Source: an uncultured delta proteobacterium
Lineage (GTDB): Bacteria > Myxococcota_A > Polyangia > Haliangiales > Haliangiaceae
Direction: 5' to 3'
Length of the DNA stretch: 64,000 bases
NCBI GenBank assembly: GCA_963848295.1
Contig: CAWKDB010000010.1
Span: forward strand, 1,728,001 to 1,792,000
This document shows positions 1 through 9,721 of the stretch, one piece after another (the stretch's first letter is position 1; each line of letters opens with the position of its first letter). A program made the translations under genes and the position numbers. The notes beneath the pieces are model-generated. The model saw only the letters and a program-made list of their open reading frames with translations. It was not told where the DNA came from and ran no database searches.

Positions 1-117
1 CTGTGCCCGGCGATGAGTCGCCAGACCGCCGTGCAGCAACACGATCGGCGTGCCCGCGCCGGCTTCGACCGCAAACAGCGACGTGCCGGCGTGCTCGAAG
101 TGGATCTCCGTCGTCAT
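1..117 (-). CDS. alpha/beta hydrolase, N-terminal part (runs off window)
   Basis: Manual minus-strand translation from ATG 117 gives MTTEIHFEHAGTSLFAVEAGAGTPIVLLHGGLATHRR; G-x-G-x-P-hydrophobic-LLHG is the typical hydrolase start; AAGG upstream. Confidence 0.75.
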   Translation of the reverse strand, partial: MTTEIHFEHAGTSLFAVEAGAGTPIVLLHGGLATHRRAQ

Positions 118-207
118 CTGCACCTTTTTCCGGAAAGCAAAACGCCAGCCGGAGTGGCTGGCGCGTGGCTCGTGTTACCAAATCGCCGGCTGACTTGGCA
201 ATAGGGT

Positions 208-633
208 CTAATGAGCGCGCATCGTCTTACCGCAGGCTTCGATGTCGGCGTCGTCCTTCGCGGCGAGTCGACAGGCGAGCGCCGCGGGGGGCCAGGTCAT
301 GCACGCCGCGAGGAGGCGCTTGCGATCTCCCTCCGGCATTGGCGCCGTGGAGATCGCCGCGAGGTGATCAGCGGCATCGCGGCAGCGCTCCTCGCGCGAG
401 GGCCGATTGCCGCAGTGATCGATGTCGGCGTCGTCCTTCGCGGCAAGCAGGCAGGTGAGGGTCGCGTCCGTCCAGGTCATGCACGCAGCGACGACGCGCC
501 TGCGATCGTCCTCGGGCATCTTCGACGTCGAGACCGCGGCGAGGTGATCAGCGGCTTCGCGACAGCGCTCGTCACGCGACGGCAGCTTGTTCGTGCAGCT
601 CGCGATCAAGAGGACCATGACCCATCGCTTCAT
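208..633 (-). CDS. lipoprotein with two tandem ~60-aa 4-Cys modules
   Basis: Signal peptide ending IASC; the internal duplication (ERCR.AADHLAA...AACMTW...C.LAAKDDADI..C) is visible in protein and DNA at 180-bp period. Confidence 0.75.
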   Translation of the reverse strand: MKRWVMVLLIASCTNKLPSRDERCREAADHLAAVSTSKMPEDDRRRVVAACMTWTDATLTCLLAAKDDADIDHCGNRPSREERCRDAADHLAAISTAPMPEGDRKRLLAACMTWPPAALACRLAAKDDADIEACGKTMRAH

Positions 634-791
634 GTTCGCGACGGTAACGCACGTTGCCGACGCCGCCGCTGCGCTCGCTTGAAGTTACACAGATTGCCAC
701 GTGTAAGCGGCGCGCTCGGCTCGCGTTGAAAGGCTGTCTGGCAGCCGCCGCGTCGATCTCGGCGCGGCACGGCCGCCGTTGGAGGTCAGCT

Positions 792-2255
792 ATGCGCCGA
801 CTGTTATTCGTTTGCGCCCTCGCCGCCTGTGGTGAGGGCGGTCGCATGTACGCCGCCCGCCCGTTCGTCACCGCCGCGGGCGACCCGTCGACCGGCGAGG
901 CCTATCACGATTGGGGCAAGAACCCGTGGATGGAGACCAGCGTCGACCATCTGTCGACGTTCGCCGCCGATGTCGACACCGCGTCGTACACGCTCGCGCG
1001 GCGCAAGCTCGAATCCGGCGAGCTGCCGGCGACCGCCGCGGTGCGGGTCGAAGAGTGGGTGAACTACTTCGGCTACGCGCTGCCGCATCCGGACGCCGAC
1101 TCGCCGTTCGGAGTCGTGATGGATGCGGCGCCGTCGCCGTTCGATCCGAGCCGCTACGTGCTGCGGGTCTCGGTCGGCACCGAGCACGAGACGGCGGAGC
1201 AGCGCCGGCCGGCGAACCTGGTGTTCCTCGTCGACACCTCGGGCTCGATGGACGCGCCCGATCGGTTTCCGCTCGTCCAGAAGTCGCTGCACATCCTGCT
1301 CGATCATCTGACCGAGCGCGACACCGTGGCGCTCGCGACCTATGCCGGCACGTCGCGCCTCGTGCTGCCGGCGACGAGCATGCGCGACAAGGCGACGATC
1401 GAGCGCGCGCTCGACGACTTGCACGCCGGTGGCAGCACGGCGATGGCCGGCGGGATCGACGTCGCGTACGCGCAAGCGATGAAGGGCCTCGCGCCCGGCG
1501 TGATCTCGCGCGTCATCGTCTGCACCGACGGCGACGCGAACGTCGGGCCGCATTCGTACGAAGAGATGCTCGCGCTGATCGCGGAGCGCGCGAAGCAAGG
1601 CGTCTCGCTGTCGACGATCGGCTTCGGTGTCGGCAACTACAAGGACGAGACGCTCGAGGAGCTCGCCGACAAGGGCAATGGCAACAACTACTACATCGAC
1701 ACCGAGCAGCAAGCGCGGCGCGTGTTCGGCGAGCAACTCGAATCGACGATCGAGGTCGTCGCGAAGGACGTCAAGCTCCAGGTCGACTTCGACCCCGCCC
1801 AGGTCGCGCGCTACCGCCTGATCGGCTACGAGAATCGCGACGTCGCGGACAAGGACTTCCGCAACGACAAGGTCGCCGCCGGCCAGGTCGGCCCGGGTCA
1901 CGAGGTCACCGCGCTGTACGAGCTCGAGCTGCAACCGAACGCGCACGGCTCGCTCGGCGTCGTGCGGATCCGACACAAGGCGCCGGAGGGCGTCACCTCG
2001 ACCGAGTCGCAGTTTCCGATGACCGCTCCGCCGGCACCGACGTTCGCGCAAGCCTCGCGGGATCTGCAGTTCGCGTTCGCGGTCGCCGCGTTCGCCGACG
2101 TGCTGCGCGACGGCCCGGACGCAAAGACGTGGTCGCTCGATGCGATTCGCACGATCGCGGCGGCCTCGGCCGGCGCGGATCACGACCGCGGCGAGCTCGT
2201 GTCGCTGATCGACCGCGCGCGTCAGCTGCGCGGCGGAACGAAGGTCGCGCGTTAG
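792..2255 (+). CDS. YfbK-like von Willebrand factor A domain lipoprotein
   Basis: GGAGG at 781; LAAC lipobox; STFAADVDTASY, VRVEEWVNYF, MIDAS DTSGSM, TDGDAN, YRLIGYENR motifs. Confidence 0.9.
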   Translation: MRRLLFVCALAACGEGGRMYAARPFVTAAGDPSTGEAYHDWGKNPWMETSVDHLSTFAADVDTASYTLARRKLESGELPATAAVRVEEWVNYFGYALPHPDADSPFGVVMDAAPSPFDPSRYVLRVSVGTEHETAEQRRPANLVFLVDTSGSMDAPDRFPLVQKSLHILLDHLTERDTVALATYAGTSRLVLPATSMRDKATIERALDDLHAGGSTAMAGGIDVAYAQAMKGLAPGVISRVIVCTDGDANVGPHSYEEMLALIAERAKQGVSLSTIGFGVGNYKDETLEELADKGNGNNYYIDTEQQARRVFGEQLESTIEVVAKDVKLQVDFDPAQVARYRLIGYENRDVADKDFRNDKVAAGQVGPGHEVTALYELELQPNAHGSLGVVRIRHKAPEGVTSTESQFPMTAPPAPTFAQASRDLQFAFAVAAFADVLRDGPDAKTWSLDAIRTIAAASAGADHDRGELVSLIDRARQLRGGTKVAR

Positions 2256-3181
2256 CTCACAGGCGCGTCGAGCGCGGCCGCGTAGTCGACCGGCCCTACC
2301 GGCACGATGCGCGTAGGGTTCACGTTGTCCTGGCTCCAGTAGTAGTGCGTCTTGATGTCGTCGAGGAAACAGGTCGGTCGGATGCCAGGGTGCTGGTACA
2401 TCCGGCGCGTGAACGCCCACAGCCCCGGGTAGTCGCGCAGGCGACGCACGTTGCACTTGAAGTGGCTGTAGTAGACGAGGTCGAGGCGCAGCATCGTCGT
2501 GAACATCGCGATGTCGGCCTCGGTCATCTGCGTGCCACATAGGTACGGCTGCGCGGTGAGCACGCGCTCCCAGTGATCGAGCGCTGCGAACAGCTCGCCG
2601 ACCGCGATCTCGTAGGCGCTCTGCGTCCGCGCGAAGCCGCAGCGATACACGCCATTGTTGATCGGCATGAAGATGAGATCGATGACGCGATCGATCTCGG
2701 TTCGGAGCTCCGGCGGCGCGAGTGTATCGACGAGCGGCGCGCGCGACAGCGGCGCGAAGTCGACATCGAACATCCGCATGATCTCGCGCGACTCGTTGTT
2801 GACGATCGTGTTGCGCTCGCGGTCCCACAGCACCGGTACGCTGACGCGGCCGGTGTACTTCGGATCGGCGCGCAGGTAGACGTCGCGCAAGTGCAGCGCG
2901 TTGCCGATCGGGTCCGGATCATCCGCGCGCATCGGCCAGCCGTCTTCGCCCATGTGCGGGTCGACGATCGTCACGCTGATCGCATCGGACAACCCGCGCA
3001 GCGACCGCGTGATCAGCGTGCGATGCGCCCACGGGCACGCGCGCGCCGCATAGAGGTGATAGCGACCGCCGACGACCTCGGTCACGCGGTTGCGGAACGC
3101 TGTGGTGGGACGGGTGAAGGCTCCTGCTTTGTCGGTAGCGAACCCTGCGGTTGTCCAGACGCCGTCGACGAGCTGACCCAT
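2252..3181 (-). CDS. yqjG: glutathionyl-hydroquinone reductase (Xi-class GST)
   Basis: MGQLVDGVW start, CPWAHR, YTGRVSVPVLWD, IVNNES, INNGVYRCGFA, IKTHYY. Confidence 0.88.
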   Translation of the reverse strand: MGQLVDGVWTTAGFATDKAGAFTRPTTAFRNRVTEVVGGRYHLYAARACPWAHRTLITRSLRGLSDAISVTIVDPHMGEDGWPMRADDPDPIGNALHLRDVYLRADPKYTGRVSVPVLWDRERNTIVNNESREIMRMFDVDFAPLSRAPLVDTLAPPELRTEIDRVIDLIFMPINNGVYRCGFARTQSAYEIAVGELFAALDHWERVLTAQPYLCGTQMTEADIAMFTTMLRLDLVYYSHFKCNVRRLRDYPGLWAFTRRMYQHPGIRPTCFLDDIKTHYYWSQDNVNPTRIVPVGPVDYAAALDAPVS

Positions 3182-4134
3182 GCATCGTGCGTAGCACTCC
3201 GTTCGATGGCCGTCATGTATTCGACCACCGCGGCTTCGAGCTGATCGACTCCCGGATGCTCGGTCGGCATGTGACTGGCGCCCTCGAGCACGACCATCCG
3301 CTTCGGCGCGGCGAGCCGGTCGAAAAAGCGGCGCGACAACGCGATGTCGGTCATCCGATCGACGCCTGGATGCGCGAGCAATACCGGGCAGACGCGAAAG
3401 TCTTCGGGCTCGATCGCCGGCGCCGTCGTCATCAACGTGCGCAGGAAGCGCGCCGGCACCCAGTTGCCGCCGCCGAGCCGATCCGACGCGACGAGCCGCG
3501 ACAGCTCGGGCTTGTTCGAGATGTGCTGCATCCGCGACATCAACGCCATCGGCAACGGCAAGCCATCCGTGATCGGCGCGAGCTTGTCGAGCAGCCACAA
3601 GCCGGCGGTGCCGAGCCATGGATGACGCGCGAACCCTTGGCGCACCGGCTTCTCGCGCGGATCGGCGAGCGTCGTCGCGACGAGGCCGACCGGCTTGCGC
3701 GACTGCGCGACCGCTTGGTACGCGAGCAAGCCGCCGAGCGAGACGCCGAACACCACGACCGGACGACCGTCACGCGCGAGCTCGGCGTCGATCAGGTCGG
3801 TGACGCAATCGACCCACAGCGGATACGTCATCTGCTTCCACGGCACCTTCGTCAGGCCGTAGCCCGGCAGATCGGGAGAGACCGTCTCGTAACCGTGGCG
3901 CTGTGCGAGCACCGCGGCGGGAGCCATCACGCGGCCGTACGCGCCGGCGCCGTGCAGGACGATGACCTTGAGCTTCGCGTCGGGGACCGCGAGCCGATCG
4001 AGGTGGACGTCGAGGCCGCGCCAGCGCCAATACTCTTCGCGCGGCGTCGAGCTCGGCGTGCAGCGCATCGCCGGCGGAAAGTGCGGCTGATACTGCCGCC
4101 AGATCGGGTGATCGTCGTAGCTGGAGAGCGTCAT
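3082..4134 (-). CDS. alpha/beta hydrolase (lysophospholipase-like)
   Basis: VIVLHGAG, PDLPGYG, GVSLGG nucleophile elbow, D and H (GASHM) triad residues; the C-terminus overlaps yqjG by 100 bp. Confidence 0.8.
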   Translation of the reverse strand: MTLSSYDDHPIWRQYQPHFPPAMRCTPSSTPREEYWRWRGLDVHLDRLAVPDAKLKVIVLHGAGAYGRVMAPAAVLAQRHGYETVSPDLPGYGLTKVPWKQMTYPLWVDCVTDLIDAELARDGRPVVVFGVSLGGLLAYQAVAQSRKPVGLVATTLADPREKPVRQGFARHPWLGTAGLWLLDKLAPITDGLPLPMALMSRMQHISNKPELSRLVASDRLGGGNWVPARFLRTLMTTAPAIEPEDFRVCPVLLAHPGVDRMTDIALSRRFFDRLAAPKRMVVLEGASHMPTEHPGVDQLEAAVVEYMTAIERSATHDAWVSSSTASGQPQGSLPTKQEPSPVPPQRSATA

Positions 4135-4208
4135 GCACGCGTTGTCGCGCATGCAGCGGCCGGCGGCAGTGACCGCGCGCGCCACAACGCTGACCGCTCG
4201 CGCTACTT

Positions 4209-5006
4209 TTACTTGTCGTAGAAGGAGCCGCCGAAGGAGACCTGCGCGCCCATGCCTGCGACCGGGGTCGAGGCGGCGTCGTAATAGTCGAGGAACGGTG
4301 TCCACGTCATGCCGCCGACGGGCTGGACCTCGATGATCGCCGTGACGGTGAACGCGGTGCCGGTGATCTCGGCGCCGTAGGTCCCGAGCCGCGCAGGCAC
4401 CCCGAGCGTCCCGACATCGGCGAACGGGAATGGCGTGTTGTTGCCGTCGACAATCGTCATCGTCAACCGGCCGGTCAGCGCAGGCATCGTGCCGTCGGCG
4501 AGTGCGATGTGCGTCGCGTTGATGAACACGAGCGTGCCGGTCGCCAGCATCGAATCGGGCGCGTCGAAGCCCCAGCCTTCGGTCGAGTCGATCGGCCCGT
4601 CGAGGGAGACCCCGCACGGGGTCGCCGGGTCGTCGCAGATGATCCAGTAGATGTGGAACAGGTCGCCGCGCTGGATGCCGGCGTAGGTCCACGTCAGGCC
4701 ACCCGCCCTGCCGAGATCCCCCGCGGTGGTCCAGGCGAGGTCGTACGGCGGAAAGCTCGGCTCGAGCGTCGGCGTCAGCTGCGAGTCGGCGCAACCGACC
4801 TTGTTGACGACCTCGCCGGGCGCGGTGTTCGGACACTTGTCGGTGACGTCGGGCACCCCGTCGCCGTCTGCGTCGCACAGATCGCCGCACGACGCGTCGC
4901 CGTTGCCGAACGCGTCGCCGGGAGCATCGGTGGACTTACCTCGGGCGCAGCCCAGCGCCAGCAGCAGCGCGGGTGCGATCACGAGGGCTCGGGCGTCCAG
5001 CTTCAT
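4209..5006 (-). CDS. lipoprotein with thrombospondin type-3-like Ca-binding repeat
   Basis: ALGC lipobox; DADGDGVPDVTDKCPNT...GC. Confidence 0.75.
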   Translation of the reverse strand: MKLDARALVIAPALLLALGCARGKSTDAPGDAFGNGDASCGDLCDADGDGVPDVTDKCPNTAPGEVVNKVGCADSQLTPTLEPSFPPYDLAWTTAGDLGRAGGLTWTYAGIQRGDLFHIYWIICDDPATPCGVSLDGPIDSTEGWGFDAPDSMLATGTLVFINATHIALADGTMPALTGRLTMTIVDGNNTPFPFADVGTLGVPARLGTYGAEITGTAFTVTAIIEVQPVGGMTWTPFLDYYDAASTPVAGMGAQVSFGGSFYDK

Positions 5007-5076
5007 GTCCGTTCCAACTCATCCCACGGTCATCCGTCAAGGTCAATCATACCGATTGTCGGGCACCCCGTAAACG

Positions 5077-6072
5077 CTAAGCCGGAGCCAGCACGCCGCG
5101 CCGCCGCGCCTCGAGTGGAGTCGTGCCGGTCCACCGCTTGAACGCGCGGAAGAACGCACTCGGCTCGGAAAAGCCGAGCAGAAACGAGACCTCGGCGATC
5201 GACAGTCGCTCCTCGAGGTAACGGGTCGCGAGCTCCTTGCGCGTCGCGTCGCGTACGGCCTGGAACGACGTGCCTTCGTCCTTGAGCCGGCGCTGTAGGC
5301 TACGCGGCGACAGCCCGAGCCGCTTCGCGATCCGCTCGGCGCTGCCCTCGTCTTCGCGCAACGTGTCGCGCAGCACGCGCGCGACGTGCGCCGCGAGCGA
5401 CGGATCCGACGGCGCGCGCTTCTGCAGCTCGTCCGCGGCGCGGGTCAAGATCGCGAGCAGCGCGGGATCGGACGAGACCAACGCGGCGTCGAGCGCACTC
5501 GCCGGCACCACGAGCTGCGTCTGTTGCGCGCCGAACGTCACCGGAGCGTCGAACCACGCGCGGTGCGCCGCCGCATCGCCGCGATGGGTGTACTCGACCG
5601 CAGCGATCCGGAACGGCGCGGCCGAGAGTTGCCTCGCCTGCTGTGCGACGAGCGCGAAGCACAGCTCGTGCGACGCCGGAGCCGGCGCTTCACTCTCGCG
5701 CACGACCCGCAGGTATGCGCGATCGCCCTCGACCTCGAGCGCGACCTCGACCGCGTCGTCGAGCAGGTTGAGGTAGCGCACCCAGCGCTGCAGCGCTTCG
5801 CCGAGCGTCGGTGCGGCGCGGCACACGTACTCGACGATGCCGAACGAGCCCGCCGGCGTCGCGCGGGCGATCGCGAGCGCGAGCTGAGGCTCGCCGGTCA
5901 ACCGCGCCGCTTCGGCCCACGCGACACAGAACTGCGCGGGTGAGATCCGCGCATCGTCGTCGCCGAGCAGCTCCGGCGTCAGATCGGTCGCGCCCCAGAA
6001 CGCCGCGAGCCGCGCGGTCCCAATGGCCGCGGCGAGCGGACGGACGAGCACGACGCTAACCGAGCCGGCCAT
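5077..6072 (-). CDS. AraC-family transcriptional regulator
   Basis: C-terminal IAKRLGLSPRSLQRRL...SIAEVSFLLGFSEPSAFFRAFKRWTG. Confidence 0.92.
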   Translation of the reverse strand: MAGSVSVVLVRPLAAAIGTARLAAFWGATDLTPELLGDDDARISPAQFCVAWAEAARLTGEPQLALAIARATPAGSFGIVEYVCRAAPTLGEALQRWVRYLNLLDDAVEVALEVEGDRAYLRVVRESEAPAPASHELCFALVAQQARQLSAAPFRIAAVEYTHRGDAAAHRAWFDAPVTFGAQQTQLVVPASALDAALVSSDPALLAILTRAADELQKRAPSDPSLAAHVARVLRDTLREDEGSAERIAKRLGLSPRSLQRRLKDEGTSFQAVRDATRKELATRYLEERLSIAEVSFLLGFSEPSAFFRAFKRWTGTTPLEARRRGVLAPA

Positions 6073-6079
6073 GACGCGA

Positions 6080-6463
6080 TTATCGCGCGAACAGCCAGAC
6101 GACGAGCCAGCTAAGGCCGCCGGTCGTCGCGAAGGCTGCCGAAATCAAACCGGCGCGCGCGATCCCCTGCCGGCGCAACAAGGGAATCGAGATCGCGACC
6201 AGGTCGCCAGCATCCATCGCCGCCTGGAACAGCGCGACGAACGGGAGCGCCTCGGGATGGCGCACCGCCCACAGCGCGAGCACGCCGAGGCCGATGTCGC
6301 GCACGCCAAAGAACCGCGCCATCAACCGCGCGGTCGGCGTGTCGTGGCCGGCGGGGAATCCGAGGAGACGCGCGGTCCGACCGGCGGCGACGAACGGTGC
6401 GACGCCGAGGCCGATGCGAACGAGCGCCATGATGGTGACCGAAGTGCGAAGCAGGTGCGACAT
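6080..6463 (-). CDS. small membrane protein (DUF4267-like)
   Basis: 3-4 hydrophobic helices, RFFGVRDIGLG motif. Confidence 0.7.
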   Translation of the reverse strand: MSHLLRTSVTIMALVRIGLGVAPFVAAGRTARLLGFPAGHDTPTARLMARFFGVRDIGLGVLALWAVRHPEALPFVALFQAAMDAGDLVAISIPLLRRQGIARAGLISAAFATTGGLSWLVVWLFAR

Positions 6464-6546
6464 GCGAGAACGAATCGCACGGCGAGCGCGCCGCACCACT
6501 GACCGCTCGCGCCAAAGCACTGACCGGACCGGCTACACTGAACGCG

Positions 6547-8820
6547 GTGGAGCAGCCCCAGGGCAGCCTAGCGGCGGCGCCGCCGACCGAGCGCCTGGGC
6601 CGGTTGCTCGCGTCACCCGGCGGCGTGCTGGTGATCCTGCCGCTGCTCGTGATCTCGGCCGGGGTCGTCGTGTTGTTACTCGGCCGGCGCGCGACCACCG
6701 ATGCGAGCGACACGATGGCGCGGCAGCAGCTCGCCGCTCAGGCGGTCGACGTCCAGCACGACGTCGCGTTCGCGCTCGATCAAGCGCAGACGTTGCTCGT
6801 CAGCATGCGCGCGATCGCCGATCCGGACATGCCGATCGAAGAAGCCGCGATCCGGATGCGCGACATCGTCGCGGGGCGACCGGGCGTCGCGAACGTCAGC
6901 ATCGCGTTCCCGAGCGGCTTGATGCGCGGCACGTTCATCGATCTCTCCACCGGCGAGCTGCGAGTGCAAGAGAGTCGCGTCGGCGACCACGGCACCGCGC
7001 GCTCGAACTACAAGTTCACGCCCGGGCCACAACTCACGAGCACCGAGGTCACCGACTACGATCCGCGCGTCCGCCCGCACTACACCGACGCGGTCAAGGC
7101 GAAGCAGCGGATGTGGATGCCGCCGCGCACGTTCTTCACGTCGCACAAGACCGGGTTGACCGTCACCGAGCCGATCTACGACGACGATGGTTCGCTCCAC
7201 GCCGTGACGACGGTCGACTTCGATGTCGGCGAGCTGTCGTCGTTCATCGTGCGCGCCCCGCTCGAGAGCTCGCGCACGGTCGTGTTCGCGGCCGACGGTA
7301 CGATCCTCGCGTTCCCGTCGGCGCCTTTGCCGCAAGTTGCTTCGAAGGAGAACCGCCTGCTCCGCCACGAAGACTTCCGGGATCCAGCGCTCGAGGCGCT
7401 GTTCGCGGCGATCGGCAAGACGCCGATTCGCACGCTCACGTACTTCGAGCTGCACTCCGACGATGGCGACTACCTCGCGTCGGTCGCGCCGGTCGGCGGC
7501 AAGCGCGCGGGCATCGCGGCGCCGCTCGATTGGTACCTGACGACGCTCGTGCCCGAGCGCACCTTGCTCGGCCCGACCCAGCGGTTGTCGAAGCAAAGCC
7601 TGATCGCCTCCGGTGGCGCCCTCGCGATCGCGATGGGGGTCGCGCTGATGTTCGCGTGGAACCTCGTGCGCATGCGGCGCGCGGTCGGAGTTGCTCGCGA
7701 AGCGGCGCGATCAGCAGAGGCGCGCGCGAAAGAGCTCGGCAGCTATCGCCTCGTGTCGAAGCTCGGCGCCGGCGGCATGGGCGAGGTGTGGCGCGCCGAG
7801 CACCGGCTGCTCGCGCGGCAGGCGGCGATCAAGCTCGTGCGGCCCGAAGCGCTGCGCGATCCGAACCACGCCCCGAAGATCCGCGAACGGTTCCGGCGAG
7901 AGGCCCAGACGCTCGCGTCGATGCGATCGCGTCACACGATCGAGCTGTACGACTACGGCGTCACTGACGACGGCACGTTCTTCTACGTGATGGAGCTGCT
8001 CGACGGCTTCGATCTCGACACGCTCGTCCGGAGCTACGGCGCGCAATCGCCCGCCCGCGTCATCCAGTTGATGGCGCAAGCGTGTCAGTCGCTCGCCGAG
8101 GCGCACGACGCGGGCTTGCTGCATCGCGACATCAAACCCGCCAACCTGTTCATCAGCCGGGCCGCCGACGAGGTCGATGTGCTCAAGGTGCTCGACTTCG
8201 GCATCGTCCAGATGCGCTCCGAGGGCGCGGACCCAGTCGAGAATGTCGGGCTGCCGCAAGTGCGCGCGAACGGCTCGGGTGAACGGGTGCTATCGGCGCG
8301 TGCGAAGCTCACGCAGATCGGCTCGGTCGTCGGCACGCCGGGCTATATCCCGCCCGAGCAAGCGTACGGCGAAGACGTCGATGGCCGCGGCGATCTGTAC
8401 GCGCTCGGCTGCGTCGCGTGGTGGCTGCTGACCTCGACCGAGGTGTTCTCGCGCGTCGATGACGAAGAGGCGATCCGCGCACACGCCGAGGAACCCGTGC
8501 CACCGTTACGACCGCGCGTCCACGGTTGGTTACCGCAAGAGCTCGAGGACATCGTGCTATCGCTGCTCGCGAAGAGCCCGAACGATCGGCCGCGCGACGC
8601 GCACGTGCTCGCGAAACAGCTGCGTGCGATCGAGATCGACGACGAGCACGCGTGGACCGAAGCGCGCGCGCAAGCATGGTGGTACGTGAATCGACCCGCG
8701 AACATCGAGGCGCCACGCGCGGCACCGTCGCAGCAGGTGGTCGTCGCGGATGCCGGCTCGCAGCCGGCGCTCTCCGCCGGCCCCGACGCGAAGACGGTCG
8801 TCGCACGCCGTAGCCAGTAA
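6547..8820 (+). CDS. membrane Ser/Thr protein kinase with extracytoplasmic Cache-type sensor domain
   Basis: Two TM segments flanking YDPRVRPHY (Cache motif); GAGGMGEV, AAIK, HRDIKPAN, DFG, GTPGYIPPE. Confidence 0.92.
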   Translation: MEQPQGSLAAAPPTERLGRLLASPGGVLVILPLLVISAGVVVLLLGRRATTDASDTMARQQLAAQAVDVQHDVAFALDQAQTLLVSMRAIADPDMPIEEAAIRMRDIVAGRPGVANVSIAFPSGLMRGTFIDLSTGELRVQESRVGDHGTARSNYKFTPGPQLTSTEVTDYDPRVRPHYTDAVKAKQRMWMPPRTFFTSHKTGLTVTEPIYDDDGSLHAVTTVDFDVGELSSFIVRAPLESSRTVVFAADGTILAFPSAPLPQVASKENRLLRHEDFRDPALEALFAAIGKTPIRTLTYFELHSDDGDYLASVAPVGGKRAGIAAPLDWYLTTLVPERTLLGPTQRLSKQSLIASGGALAIAMGVALMFAWNLVRMRRAVGVAREAARSAEARAKELGSYRLVSKLGAGGMGEVWRAEHRLLARQAAIKLVRPEALRDPNHAPKIRERFRREAQTLASMRSRHTIELYDYGVTDDGTFFYVMELLDGFDLDTLVRSYGAQSPARVIQLMAQACQSLAEAHDAGLLHRDIKPANLFISRAADEVDVLKVLDFGIVQMRSEGADPVENVGLPQVRANGSGERVLSARAKLTQIGSVVGTPGYIPPEQAYGEDVDGRGDLYALGCVAWWLLTSTEVFSRVDDEEAIRAHAEEPVPPLRPRVHGWLPQELEDIVLSLLAKSPNDRPRDAHVLAKQLRAIEIDDEHAWTEARAQAWWYVNRPANIEAPRAAPSQQVVVADAGSQPALSAGPDAKTVVARRSQ

Positions 8821-8823
8821 CCT

Positions 8824-9285
8824 TTACGAAGCGGCCGAGCGATATGGCTCCGCGAACGCGATCGCGCCGGTCTCGACGAGCGACTTGAGGTTCGACAGGA
8901 CCTTGGGCCAGCCGCCAGACACCGACTCGATCACCTTCGAGTGCTCGCGCTCGCTGCCGTGCGTGATCGTCAACTTGACCGCGTCCGCCTGGGGCTCGAG
9001 CTCCATCGTACAGTGGGTCTCGCCGTCGGCCGCGAGCTCGGGCCGCTTGACATGGCGCCAGCGAATCACGAGTCGGCGCGGCGGCACCGCCTCGAGGATC
9101 TCGCCCGTGTCGAAGACAGCGCCGTCGCTCGCCATCAGCTGCCACGACGCACCCGCGGTCCAGTCGCTCTCGGCGTGCATGCCGAACCAGTACTGCTTCT
9201 GAAAAGCCGGATCGGTCAGCGCCGTCCACAGCTTCTCCGGCGTCGTGCGGATGTACGTCACGTAGACAAAGGTCGATCTAGCCAT
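8824..9285 (-). CDS. SRPBCC/AHSA1 domain protein
   Basis: YIRTTPEKLWTALTDP...GWPKVLSNLKSLVETG. Confidence 0.9.
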   Translation of the reverse strand: MARSTFVYVTYIRTTPEKLWTALTDPAFQKQYWFGMHAESDWTAGASWQLMASDGAVFDTGEILEAVPPRRLVIRWRHVKRPELAADGETHCTMELEPQADAVKLTITHGSEREHSKVIESVSGGWPKVLSNLKSLVETGAIAFAEPYRSAAS

Positions 9286-9610
9286 GAGCTCTCTCCAATC
9301 GTCGTTTGAGGTCGTCCAGCGCCTTCACGCGGGGCCGTTCGAATTTCGAGAGCCACCGCTCGTAGACCTCCTGCAGCGGCACCGGGTTGAGGAAGTGCAG
9401 CTTCTCGCGGCCTCGCCGCACCGTCGCGACGAGGTTCGCCGACTCGAGCACATCCAGATGCTGGGTCACGCCCTGGCGCGACATGTCCAGGTGGTCGCAC
9501 AATTCGCCGAGCGTGCGCCCTTCGTGCGCGTGCAACAGATCGAGCAGCTTGCGCCGGCTCGGATCGGCGAGCGCCTTGAACAGGAGGTTAGTTTCACGTC
9601 GCTCGGACAT
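9278..9610 (-). CDS. ArsR/SmtB-family regulator
   Basis: FKALADPSRRKLLDLL, MSRQGVTQHLDVLE, RRGREKLHFLNPVP; overlaps the SRPBCC gene. Confidence 0.9.
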   Translation of the reverse strand: MSERRETNLLFKALADPSRRKLLDLLHAHEGRTLGELCDHLDMSRQGVTQHLDVLESANLVATVRRGREKLHFLNPVPLQEVYERWLSKFERPRVKALDDLKRRLERAHG

Positions 9611-9612
9611 AT

Positions 9613-9655
9613 GGCAAGTTGTTACTTGCCTATTAATTAGCAAGCGCCTGCTTGC
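9613..9655. promoter_or_regulatory. paired palindromic operators GCAAG-N6-CTTGC (likely ArsR autoregulation)
   Basis: GGCAAGT-tgtt-ACTTGCC (9613-9630) and GCAAGC-gcct-GCTTGC (9640-9655) flank an AT-rich TATTAATTA immediately upstream of arsR. Confidence 0.75.
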
Positions 9656-9721
9656 CTGTCAAGCGGTGTCGCGCGGTCCCGCGACCCTCCGTTGAGGCGC
9701 CTCGGATGCTAGGGTCGGAGC

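Noticed and set aside
3082..3181. 100-bp overlap of the hydrolase C-terminus with yqjG as dual coding
   Set aside because: The tail lies beyond the hydrolase fold and looks like run-on from a lost stop or an indel; no sign of function
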